64,000 bases of DNA from Nemertoderma westbladi (lineage: Eukaryota > Animalia > Xenacoelomorpha). Each line of letters begins with the position of its first letter. The stretch's first letter is position 1. A program made the translations under genes and the position numbers. The stretch spans positions 24,110-88,109 of the forward strand of contig JAUCBJ010000795.1 in assembly GCA_032718475.1 (NCBI GenBank), read 5' to 3'. Shown piece after piece: positions 51,305 to 63,649 of this stretch. The notes under the pieces are model-generated. The model made no database searches. It saw only the letters and a list, made by a program, of their open reading frames with translations, and was not told the origin of the DNA.

Positions 51305-51977
51305 TACTACTACTAGGTCGAGCGAACTCGGACAGTGGAAATGAGATCCTCTTCCAGGCTTCCCGATTCTCCAACTACTACTAGGTCGAGCGAACTCGGA
51401 CAGTGGAAATGAGATCCTTCCAGGCTTCCCGATTCTCCAACTACTACTAGGTCGAGCGAACTCGGACAGTGTAAATGAGATCTATCAAGGCTTCCCGATT
51501 CTCCATAGTTGTCGCAATTTCGTTTCTCCTAAGTTCAGTATCCCTTTCAAGTTGATCTATATATTTTATGGCCGGTCGTCCACGACTACGCATTCCATGA
51601 GTTGGTTGCCAGAGAAGTAGATCTGGTATGACCTCGTCTTTACTTCGCCAGCAGTGCCCACTGAATCTTAATCTGCGTTCACGGAGGGTGGTTGATACAG
51701 GTGGTATTGTACCATAAAGCTCGGCGTTTGTCATGTGTTGTCTCCAGCTGATGTTTAGGGCTGCCCTTAGTAGTCTTGTGTTGTGTAGCAACCATCAATT
51801 CGTTGTTCAAGTGATTTAGTCAGTGTCCAGGTCTCACCCCTGTATAAAAATACACTTTCCACTGTGGCTCGAAAGAACTTAGTCTTCAGGTGCCTGGAGA
51901 GATCTGATTTCCAGGTGGTATCCATTTTTGATAGAGCTACCCAAACCTTTGCTTTCCTAACTTCTATGTCCTTTTTG
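51305..51977 (-). mobile_element. RTE family 1 3' fragment with a triplicated terminal unit
   Basis: ORFs 51447-51791 and 51767-52021; terminal units start at ~51306, 51374 and 51440. Confidence 0.9.
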
Positions 51978-53864
51978 CCCCTTTTTGCCTTATGTCTTTT
52001 TTTAGTTTCAAGAAAGTTCAATGTTAGAAAGAATGGACAATCTTCAGTGGTACAATTATCTTATCAATCTTCAGGGACAACTGAAAACGTTTTCGTAGTT
52101 TCAAAATACATTTTTTAAGCAGGGCATACCAACTTCAATTACACAAGAGATCGGTTGGTGTTTGTTCGCGTATACGTAACCCCAAAAGTGTTTTGACTAT
52201 TCTACCTTAAAACAATTCGAGTGTACTAAAATTGTTGGCTAGTTAACCTTCACAACAACCGGCCCATGTGAAGAATACCAGACTTTCTGCCGCTATATTT
52301 CACTTTGCAGTTACCCCCATGTGAAGAATACCAGGTTTTCTCCAAAAAACACAGGTTATAGAAGGGCTGAATCTAACCAAAACAATAAACGAATTAGTAT
52401 ATGTACAGATTATAAAACAGAAATAAGCGCTATAAAACACTTAATAAAGATAAACTTAAAAATATAAAAAATCTTCATATTATATAAAATTCCAATAAAA
52501 AGTCGACCGAAAAGTGAAATGTGGTATTCTTAACGTTTTTTTAATGCAAACGGCAATTACGTATTTCGAAAGAAAAAAATAGAAAACTCCATAGACAGTT
52601 TCTTCAGATTAACATTATTAAAAACTAGATTAAACTAGAACTCTTCGGTAAAAATAGACCCAAATATACATAATCAGTAAATTGTTTTACTATTATTGAA
52701 TCGCTTACTTGCTACCGTAATTGAACAAAAAGTAATTTAATACACCAATTTTTTGTGCATTATTAGTATAATTTGTAAAATTCCAAGAAAACCATCGGTT
52801 TCAGATGCTCTAAATCATATTTACTAAATTATCGCAAAGTAATACAATACTTGTGGGTGCTCTTTGGTGTACCCCACTTATTGTTATAATCGCATGGAAT
52901 TTAAGACAATTTTGTTATGGCCTACATACATTTACTTTAGCTTTAAGCTTTATTCACAGTACAGTAACGAAAGATTTACATACAAAGTCATGCATATATA
53001 TATATATTTATTATGGGTCTAATGGTATATGAGTGAATGAATGCAATTTAATGTCATGGGGCAACTTGCCCCCAGCCAACAATGGCTTATAAGACATAAC
53101 GAGAACACGAACACCTATATAACTAACAGATAAGCACAGATATAAAATGGTGTGATGTGTCAACATTATAAACAATATAAACTACAATACTTCTACCAAA
53201 TTTAAGATACAGAAATTACATAGTCGTTCTTCAACATTTTTATTTAGATACCTTTACCTACCTCAATATTAACTATTAAGTGGCAACAGACGAGAACGAA
53301 ACTCAGCAAATATACATTACTACTGTAGGCTGCTTCCTTATTTAATACATGAGATATTATATTATATTATTATATATATTATATATATAATATATATATA
53401 TATATTATTTATATTATATATATTATATAATACATGAGAACATAATATTCCTCAGTGTTAAAGGAGCATTTAAAATTACGGTAGGTTCTTTACTTAGGTT
53501 TTTCGGACAACTTTTTAAGCCACTCACCACTGAAATAAACATCACAATCACTAGAAAAATTAGATAAATTACCCTGAGACTTAGCTAAAAATTACGTTGT
53601 TCCATAACCTGCTGTTTCCCCTGGAGAGGGATGAATTTTTTTGCGTCTAGTTCCCCCCCCCCCCCCCCCCCCCCCCCCCTCTATCTGAAAACTTCAGTAC
53701 TGCCGTAATACTGAAACCTAATAAGAGAATAAGTAATAGGTCATAGGCAAAAATAGATAGGCAATAGGCCTATCGGTACGAATACTGTAACTGAAGCATG
53801 GCAACTTACCAAAGCGTAGTTAATATAAAATATTTGGTGCTGGGATAATTTTTTTTGGTTGACA

Positions 53865-54130
53865 AGTGATTATTTTTGGGGATGAATAATTGTTTTTGGG
53901 GGATGAATAATTGTTTTTGGGGGTAGAATAATTGTTTTTGGGGGTAGAATAATTGTTTTTGGGGGTAGAATAATTGTTTTTGGGGGTATAATATTTTTTT
54001 AGGGGGATGAATAATCGTTTTTGGGGAATCAATAATTGTTTTTGGGGGATGAATAATTGTTTTTGGGGATGAATAATTGTTTTTGGAGAGAGGGATATTC
54101 AAAATTGGGGGATGCGAATTGGTGCTACAA
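53865..54130. repeat. ~21-bp minisatellite (gaataattgtttttggggga/t) within a dispersed element
   Basis: Tandem units followed by gggatattcaaaattgggggatgcg; a second copy lies at 63650-64000. Confidence 0.85.
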
Positions 54131-55303
54131 AAAAATATATTTGGTGCAAAATAATTAATTTTGGTGTTAAATCATCAAATTTGGGGTGGCATTCAATTAG
54201 TGGCGAAAAATTAGATAAATTACAGTGAAACTTAGCTAAAAATTACCTTGTTCCATAACCAACCAAATCAAAAATTGCACGAACTTCCCTACACCAACCT
54301 ATGCTATTGGAGTATTCATTCAATGTGAAAAAGCTTCTTAGCAACCCGTGTGTCATCCATACAAATGAGTTTGTTCCATAACCTTACCATGGATATATAA
54401 TTCCGCTGTCGACTACAAGCTCAACCCATTTCCCCTTCAACAGCTAAATTCGGGGTATATTTATGTACCTCTAGAAAATACCGAGAAACCTGTAGTTTGT
54501 TGCACCCTATGCGCAGCCTCAGTTTTATTTTAACATAGCCCCAAATCCCAGAACCATAGATATTTAATATACTGCGAATAGTGGGAGTGGCTTAGTTATA
54601 TAAAAAGTTGAAATTATGACAAAAGTATACAGACTTGACAAAATCTTTTTCTTTGCAACATGGATTTTACATAGCAAGAAGGTAACAATTACAGTGGTGA
54701 GATTTTTCCAAAACCTTGTGAAAACAGACTTTAGTCCAATGACTATATGGATTGACCGAACTGAACTATGCATTCTACATAGTTACCAATTTAGTTTCCA
54801 GAACAAACTGGAGTTTGTCTAATCAGTTTAATCAGTTATTTTATTATTTGGCTGTCACAATATAGGAAGCTTCTGAATTATTGTCGACCTCAAAAACCCT
54901 TTTCCCAAAATAACAATTATAGTTTTAAAACTAAAACAAATAAATACATTACATCAAAAATACGAAAATCCCAGTACACATTTGTTTTGGAAGATGGCAT
55001 TTTTGTAATTTATACACATATTTTTTCTCGAAACCTATTAGTCACTCACAAAACACTTTTAGCATTTTTCTCACAATTTTTCGCGGAGCCACTAATCATA
55101 ACTAATTATTAAACACAACATAAATTCAATCATAAAGTCACAACTTTTTTGTACTGATTATTTTTAAAATAATAATTATCACCCTAAACCAATAATAGGT
55201 ATGTTTTACAATCTTCAATATGATACAACCAAACAAAGGTAAACTGTCTTGAGTAATAGCATTTAGCAACATATCTGTCAGTAATTAATGTACTGTTATA
55301 TCT

Positions 55304-55715
55304 TTACAGAAAGATTAAAAGAAACTCCAATACAATCATTGGAACATACGTGATCGATCCATTTGGGATAGCGCTTGTTGTGGTTGTGGTTGTAGTCGAT
55401 GCATCCATCTTCCACACTTCTAGGGTGCACTGCTGCTCAGAACAACAATGATTTTGGCAAACATCATATATTGCTGTGGTCCCATCTAACACGCTGTCAA
55501 CGACTTTACTCAATGTAACCATCATTTCGTTTTCGTAGCCTACCCAATCTTTATTCAGGAGCTCATTACATTCCTCTTCTGGTAGAGGATCGCACTGACC
55601 TTGTTTTCTGTAACAAATTCTGTGAACTACATTCGCAGTAAGTGTCGCATGAGAGGCGCTGTGACGTACAGATGGTTATGTGGAAAGATAAGAAGACGAT
55701 ATAGAAAATTATCAT
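55304..55715 (-). pseudogene. Secreted, GPI-anchored Cys-rich (Ly6/uPAR-like) protein with one frameshift
   Basis: ATG 55715: MIIFYIVFLSFHITICTSQRLSCDTYCECSSQ, frameshift near 55615, then CYRKQGQCDPLPEEECN..VCQNHCCSEQQC..STTTTTTTS..VPMIVLEFLLIFL*. Signal peptide, ~10 Cys, S/T stalk and hydrophobic tail. Confidence 0.6.
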
Positions 55716-58142
55716 TATTGTTGGTTCGCAAGTCTTCCCACCAACATGTTATCCTGTGGCTGCTGATCTTTCAACAACATATTTTTAAACAGGTTTCTCT
55801 ATTTCTAATCGCATGCGGTCTCATTAAGATATGTAGAAATATTACAGTGGGGGTTACCCAGTTGCCAACTATACCTCTGGAAACAGTTTATAGGTAGAAT
55901 TGAATTATATTATATAGATATATCACAATTAAATGCTCGGTGAAGTAAGTAAGTACAGTAGTATTTGAATGTAAGCAAATACAATATATATATAGAATGA
56001 TATCATACTGACAGTACTGGTAGTGTGTCTTCTGTTTTTGTTACATGCGCTACAGCTTTACATTATATCACATATATACAGTAGGTCGCAATATATTGGG
56101 GTGTCTTACGATTACCTTCATACCTTCAGCCACTCATCTGGCATCATTGCCTCCTTCTGGTGTGGTGGCAGTGCTGTTTCGTCCCATACGCCTTCCATCC
56201 GTTTCGTCTTCCACTCCACTCACACCTACCAGCACACTACTAACCTAACCAGCTAACCATGGCATTTACCTGAAGCACCCTGAAGCCCCCTAAACTCGTA
56301 CCTCTCGACAAGAGCAATTCCATAAACTCTTTTGAAGTGTGACGCCACACCTCGCAGTGTGTCACTCTCGCGCTAACCCCCTCTGGAGTTTAACTGACGT
56401 CTCAGATACTGCCACACCACCCTACAAAAGGTAGCCAACCTTGTGCTGATGCTCGGCCAGATAGGGGGAAAACACTACCCACCCCACCATAATTGTCCAG
56501 AGTTCTATAATACGCGACTTCACTTCCCTCTTGTCTGATGGCAAGCAATCTGTCAATTCAATACGCCAAAATGAAATTTGTTCACGTGCTGCGCGAAGTG
56601 TTTTTTGGCAAGCACTCTAAAATTATTTTAACAAGTTGTTAAAAGTGGGTAGGGGTTTTTTTGAACCAAATTTCATGAAATCCATTGAGAAATCACAAAA
56701 TATGGATAGGGGATAACCAATGGGAAAAAAAAGGAGATACCAGTACTGAAAATAGCGGGAACATTTGAAATATATTGTTCTTAAACTTTAAATGCGTTTA
56801 TCTCGGAATTGTATTTTTCACATTCAAAATACTACTACTCAGCCATTTCTTAACCAATTTTCGAAATTTTTTTTTTGTTTGATTTCTTTTCGGGTTTTGA
56901 TCAAAAGTTATCGGTTAGAATTTTGAATTGTGCCATATTAATTTCTTGAAATTAGTTAATATCTATTAAGTAATAATTAATATTAGTTAATAATATTTAA
57001 AAAATATTTAAGACCTAAATAAAAAATGTAACCGATAAGTTTTGTGGAGCCGAGGATGCTGATTCAGAAAAACCAAGTTTCGAAAATTTTCGCCCAAAAT
57101 TGTGAGACTAGTAGTGTTTTTAGTGAAATTAACAATTTCGCCGGTGGCCGCGAGAGGGCGACGCAAATTTGAGAATTTTTTTTTTAAACCCAATCTTTGG
57201 CCATATGTTAATCCCCCGAAAGGTATAAAATATACAAAACTACAAACAAGGAGAAATTATAGCCATTTGCAAAAAAGGTCCATAGGGGGGTGTACCCCCC
57301 CCCCCCCTTAAGTACTTCGCAAAAAGTATCTATGTATGTAGTTTTATTCCAAAATTGTAACATTACGAAATGATTGTACATATATTATAAGTGATAGAAA
57401 CTGCACAAGTTAAATTAGTTGCTGTATAAAAAAATAAATGTAAAAATGACATAAATTATTTTATAAATAAGTTAGCTTATATTTATGGTGGCGTTTGGAG
57501 CTATGTTAATTGTTTATAGCTATTAGTTTCTTTAATAGCTATACCCCGACTACCGGTAGGTAATGCAGTAGGCCTATCTGACTGTCAGGCAAATACCACA
57601 TATTGTTTACGTGGTAAACAATGACGGCGTTAAGTAATGTCCACTAACGGGACATTAACTACTAACACCAAATACAATACTAAATGTACAGGCCAATACA
57701 ATATTGTTAAAATGTTAATGTCCTCAAAAGTTGTGAAGTGCTAAATAACAACTCGCTATTAATACAAACGGCGTTGAGTAATGTTACAATTTTGTAATAA
57801 AAACTGTAAAACAATGAATGGGGTATCTAGAGAGATACCAACATCAGCAATGAGTGCAATATATATTGGGGCGACAGGAATCCGCATTACAACAATGTAA
57901 TTAATGTTCCTAGCTTGCATAGAAACACAGATGTAGTTCTGTGTTAATCCCTTGTAATTAAATTATGAAATCAATATTGTAATGTGTGTTTGTATGCAGC
58001 AATGGAGTCATATACTCTATGTGAAAACCTTTCGAGATTGTTAATGGACATGTTGTTTTATTGCATAAATGATGTAAATAGAAATACATGTAATGTAGCG
58101 CTGTTAATTTAAGATGATATCCATTAATAAGGATATTATTAT

Positions 58143-60565
58143 TACTACTACTACTACTACTAGGCTACCCAAGCCTTTGCTTTCCTAACTTCTATGTCCT
58201 TTTTGCTACTCTCTATCCATGATCCAAGGTACTGGAAGTCGTCAACCTTCCGTAGTTGATTATTGTCAATGGTTGTCAAGTTTCCATCAACATTAAAGGT
58301 CATGAATTCGGTCTTGGTAGCATTTATATGCAATCCAACCTCCTTAGCAACCCTCTCCACTTTATTTAGTAGAAGCTGTGCCTCTGCTAGGGTATTAGAG
58401 AGCAGGCCGATGTCATCCGCAAAGTCGGTGTCTGTGACTGTAGTTGCCGGATATCTACTACTTCTGCGTTCTTGAAGTGTGAATGCCAGATCTTCACCCT
58501 TTGTGGCTGTCCTCATTGCGTAATCTAGCACAATTACAAATAGTAATGGTGCTAATGTGTCACCTTGCAGTACCCCAGCCAGGATTGAGAAAAACTCAGT
58601 TTCACCATCTGGTGAGAGTACCTTCGCTTCTGTGTCACAATATAACAATCCAATGCCAGCAACAATTACTTCTGATATTCCATAAGCTCTTAGGATTTCA
58701 AGCATTTTACCTCTATGGATGGAGTCGATTGCCTTCTTGAAGTCCACAAAAGTCATGACTGCGGGGAGATTCTTCGACTTACTTCCTTCAATCAGTCTCC
58801 GTAGTGCAAGTATCTGAGCTAATGTTGATCTACTTGGTCGAAATCCGTTTTGGCTCTTACGCAGTAGTTTCTCTATGTGAGGCCTAATCCTATATAGAAT
58901 CATTTTATTGTATATTTTGGCAGGTACCACAAGCAGACAGATCCCACGATAGTTTGTTGGTATACCGAGGTCTCCTTTTTTAGGGAGAGGCTTTAGTTGA
59001 CCTTTAGTCCAAATTGGTGGTGGCTTTTCCCCTTTTAACATCCGTTTGCAAACATTCAATAATGGTCTGTTTAGCACTCCTGTTTTCCATACCTCTGCTG
59101 GGATTTCATCTAATCCACTCACTTTATTATTGGACATGCTTTTAATGCTTCTTTGGAGTTCGGCAGGTGTGAAGTCCCCCGTTTCTATAGGTAGTGTCTT
59201 ATCATATATTTTCCTTGTAGGGCTGACCTCGATGATTGGTGGCTGCCCAAGCAAGCTGCTGAAGTGATTTTTCCACTTCCCAACACGTTCTTCAGGACTA
59301 TCGGCATTGAGGCGCCCCTTTGCACAACTTCTCCGACCAGATACCTCATTTACAGTTTGCCAGGTAAGTCTTGATTGTTGCTGTATGTGAGCAGTTGTAA
59401 TTGCTTCAATTTTATCCTGTATGTACTTTTCCTGGCTGATGTTGAAGCCAATTTAAGAGCGTCCTTAGTTTTCTGTTGTTGGTTGTTCGTTTTTAACTTT
59501 TAACTGTAGGCTATCTTAAGATCTTACAAGTAACCTCAGAGTTTTGCCATGGCACATACTGTTTTCGTTTGGGTTTCTGGGGGATATGCCTCTTAGCTGA
59601 TTCCTTGTGGGCTGTTATTATATTCTGGTATATTGAATTGGTGGGTTGGTCTTCATCCATTGACTGAAGTGCTTCAAAGCGGTTTTGAACTTCTACTGTA
59701 TAAGCATCCTTTACTGCATTGTCAGTTCTGAGTTTCTCCCAGTCATAGTTGATTTGCTTGCTTGTCCTGGGTTTGCTGGCTCTCAATCTGAGTCTGATCT
59801 CTGCAGTCACAATACTGTGGTCCGAACCAATTAGGTTGAACGAGCTGTATGCCTCGCAGTTGATCATGCTGTTTCTCCACTTTTTGTTTATAAGGATGTA
59901 ATCAGTTGTGCTTTGGTTCCATTAGGATATTGAAAGGTCCATAGCTTCCCCTTACTCTTTTCGAATGTGTTGTTTGTTGGTATCAATTCACATTCTTCCA
60001 TTAGGTATAAAAGTAAGTACCCATTTCTGTTAGAACTGGTGTTATAGGTGTAACCCTTGATGTCTTCTGGGACACCAGCAATAACTTTAACATTGTGTTT
60101 CGGAATGTCCTTTATAAGTCCAGTCAGATCTTCATAAAACTTGACTGCTTGTTCTGGCTCTGAGGCATTGGTTGGACTGTAGCAACATATAACTGTTGTC
60201 TTGGGATTCCCATCAAATGTTGCGATCATAACCCTGGAATTTATAGATTCGATGTTGTTTAGGGTCTTAAGTGCAAATGGGCTTAGCAGAATTCCTACTC
60301 CACCAATTGATGCATTGGCCGAGTTTCTTACTGCTGAGCTTGTTACTAACGTCCATCCATTTCCAATGTCATTGTACTTCATGGCAGTTTCTTCATGACA
60401 AATCCGATGTTTTTGGATGCAGATGATGTCGATGTTATATTCCATTGCCAGAGCAACCATATCACCCTGTTTGCTATGTGCTTTCAGCGTGCGTGAGTTC
60501 ATTGTAACAATCTTTAGTGTCGTTTTACATTTCAACAGGTTGGTTCTTCTTTCTTCTCTGTCTTC
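58143..60565 (-). mobile_element. RTE family 1 copy with endonuclease and RT, frameshifted; 3'-truncated but carrying a tail
   Basis: ORFs 59888-60535 (EN: CYSPTN), 59511-59867 (SDHS) and 58160-59254 (RT: FADD). (TAG)n follows KAKAWVA directly. Confidence 0.92.
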
Positions 60566-60589
60566 TTAATAATATTATTATTAATTATA

Positions 60590-61760
60590 TTTATTTATTT
60601 ATCAAGCACATTAATAAACCGACAACACCTTACCGGCAGGTGTGTTAGTACCAAAGTTTGTAAAAAACTAAAAAGCAACAAGACCTAAACGTTGCATGAA
60701 TCAGTGATCAGCTGACAGCAGCCAGCTGATCGGTAGATTTCACCCCCCAGCTGAAGGCATTCTCAGGAGGCCAAGCCAGGAAATGTAGAGAGAAATTTAC
60801 AGAGGCATACAGAACGAGTATTGAAATGAAGAGTCTGTAGGGAACTAACCACTGGGAAGCAGCACCACAAACTTACACCAATCACGTTTCTGCTTGTTGC
60901 TGACGGGCTTGCGTATTTGAATGTAATACAATTCAACAATTCAATTCACGCCATTTAGTCAGCGGACGTGTATTGGGTTCGCCGCGGTGCGTCATGATGT
61001 GGTTGTGCACAGTCTTACACTTTTCGCTCCCATCTATTGCCGTCACACCCTGGTGCTGTCTAACGCGTTCAAACAAGTGTTGGATGGTGTGTCCAACACA
61101 TTCCCCCTTAGAAGAGGGACAAGGGAAAGAGTAAACGACATTAGACGCAAGGATATCCGGGACGGGATGTTAGAGATGGGTGTGACTGGCGTAGTTTACA
61201 CGAAGTGAAAACAAACCGAACTGGCCGTGTGCAAGACCTGGGTAATAAGTCCACGCAACTTTCGAACAAACAGATCAGTTGCCCGACGTCAGTACTCGAA
61301 CTTACAGATAATAGGCTTGTAATCATCAGCAGCTGCCTGGTCCACCGGGGCACTGACCTTAGTGGGGACAACTGTTGGTGCTCGCCCCAGAACCACTGCC
61401 TGCACGCCCCCTAGCGGCTTAAACTGCAGCTAGGTCATGCTCAACCACAGCATCAGTATATTGGTTATTATGTATATCCCCAATTTAGCGGTATAGAGTT
61501 GAGAACAATCCCCACCCTTACTGGCATTAAAGATGCGATGGAATATACCACGAACTACACCGCGTTAGTAAGACCCAGGGGCATTGGGAACGAGCCCAGT
61601 ATCTGTAGGCTTGCGATACCACGCCGCTGAAAGAGCATAGTCAACCCGAGTGACAACCAAATCAAGAAAAGACAAGCGGCCCTCCACCTCCATCTCAAGG
61701 GTAAACTTGAGATTGTGATGGAGGGCATTGACTTCTCTCAGTTTCTCAGTGGGGTCGTTA
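60590..61760 (-). mobile_element. Degenerate Penelope-like element (RT C-terminus plus GIY-YIG)
   Basis: Manual translation: ~61600-61747 VNALHHNLKFTLEMEVEGRLSFLDLVVTR..WYRKPTDTG; ~61050-61148 SNVVYSFPCPSSKGECVGHTIQHLFERVRQH. An inverted piece (TDTGLVLNATVCAPESYK) lies on + at 61780-61809 and 62421-62444. Confidence 0.85.
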
Positions 61761-61809
61761 CTACTTACGCACAGACGTTACAGATACTGGGCTCGTCCTT
61801 AACGCTACT

Positions 61810-62406
61810 AAATATATAATGTAAATAGGACAATATGATAATGCTCTCCATAGCGAAAAATATCAACCGACCCTGTTGGGGCTCGAACCCGGTACCTAGG
61901 TTTCAAACTTCTGGTTATCATCAGCCGGGTGAGTGTACTGAGCTACCAGGCCGGATGAATATTTCGTTATGGAGTGGAAGATCATATTAAGGCCATACAA
62001 TCACTCAAAGTAAAGTACAACTTCCGTTATTCCCGTGCTCTGCCAGAAATGGCAACCATGCCTCAAAGAATAACTATTATACAGTGTTGTAGAAACCACT
62101 GTAACCCCGTATGCCTGGCCCAGGCTGTTAGTTAATGATAATAAGTGAATTGTTGTGGGGTGAGTGACGCGGTGAATTAAATATATAATGTAAATAGGAC
62201 AATATGATAATGCTCTCCATAGCGAAAAATATCAACCGACCCTGTTGGGGCTCGAACCCGGTACCTAGTTTGAAACCTAGGTACCGGGTTCGAGCCCCAA
62301 CAGGGTCGGTTGATATTTTTCGCTATGGAAAGCATTATCATATTGTCCTATTTACATTATATATTTAATTCACCGCGTCACTCACCCCACAACAATTCAC
62401 TTATTA
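61810..62406. mobile_element. Second tRNA-like/hammerhead element insertion: partial tandem plus terminal inversion
   Basis: TSD tccttaacgctact at 61796-61809 and 62407-62420. Minus units 61810-62021 and 62135-62268; plus unit 62268-62406. Confidence 0.88.
61887..61930 (-). ncRNA. Minimal type I hammerhead ribozyme motif
   Basis: ACCCGG-CTGATGA-TAAC CAGAA GTTT-GAAA-C CTAG G-TA-CCGGGT. The only change versus 2170-2213 is in loop II. Confidence 0.75.
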
Positions 62407-63649
62407 TCCTTAACGCTACTGTATGTGCCCCTGAGTCTTACAAATCACTTAATTAACAGCTTTGATTATTTAATACTAGTAAAAAATCGCTTCCGGCGTT
62501 ACGAATTTCCAGTATATAATCCAAAAGGTATTCAGCTGCTACACAAATGAGAGATAAGTTCATCCAACCTAAGAGAGAGTTACTGATGGGGAGACTGTCA
62601 TCTCAAGGAGGACGGAGTACTTTAGTAGTTGGTTTGATTTATTTTATATAAAACAGCAGTAATGTTTATCTTTAGTACCGGTAAATAATATCTGCCATTC
62701 GCAAAACAATATCCTCTACAGAGGAAGGCTAAAAAAACAACCTAATATACCAGATACATGGATAATAAAAAACGTGTTTGCTGTTTTTGATGCAAAAACG
62801 AAACACATTTGAGGCGCAGATGTATTGAACAATACCTACCATGTGTACTGTTGGCCTACTGTAATGTTTTTAACATATTTCCCATTATTTTCACGCCTTT
62901 ATATTGCCCCAGGTAGGCAATACAGGAATTTTTGATGTTTCCAAAGACCCAAGATCCAAATATAAAGACCTGCCATAATAATTGTAACATGTGTTAACTC
63001 TCGTTTATTGTTGTGGTTCCCTCAACACGCCGCTACCCAAGGGCCAATTGAGACAACACTTTGGGGGGTGTATGTGAATTTTACCGAGTATAATATTATT
63101 TTACCGATCATATGTAAGTACAACTTGATTGATTGATATTACCAATTAATAGGAACTACTCTTTCAAATTGTACCATTTATGAAAAAAGCTTATATTTCG
63201 AGGTGATATATAAAAATTATAATTTTATAATTAGAAAGTTGCAATTTGTACAATCTTTGTTTCTATATGTGCAGTAAGAAAGGACCTTTGTTATGTACAT
63301 TTACATTTACAGATAAATTTTCATTAGAATAATGCGAGCGTAGCGGCGAGCATAGGGAATTTTGCATCAATAATTAGAACCAGTAGTAGTAAGCATACAG
63401 GATACTGCAGGCCTTCGTTATAATGAGTCTGGTCTGGTTTTATTTTTTCAAACTGTTAGTATGTGACACAACTTAATGAATTATCTTAATCTACTATACA
63501 GCCCAGCCCACAATAGAGTATCTTATTTTCACTTAATTAACAGCTTTAATTTCTTTGCATTTCAGTTATTATTTTTGCAGATTATAACATCAAAAATGTC
63601 TAAAATACATGTTAAAGTAACCACGAACAACTGACGACTTAATGCAATT

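Noticed and set aside
53806-54102. Repetitive ORFs (PQKQLFY)n
   Set aside because: Translations of the minisatellite.
56090-56560. Degenerate LINE C-terminal zinc-finger region on the minus strand
   Set aside because: The resemblance is faint, with several stops and frameshifts; not supportable without a search.
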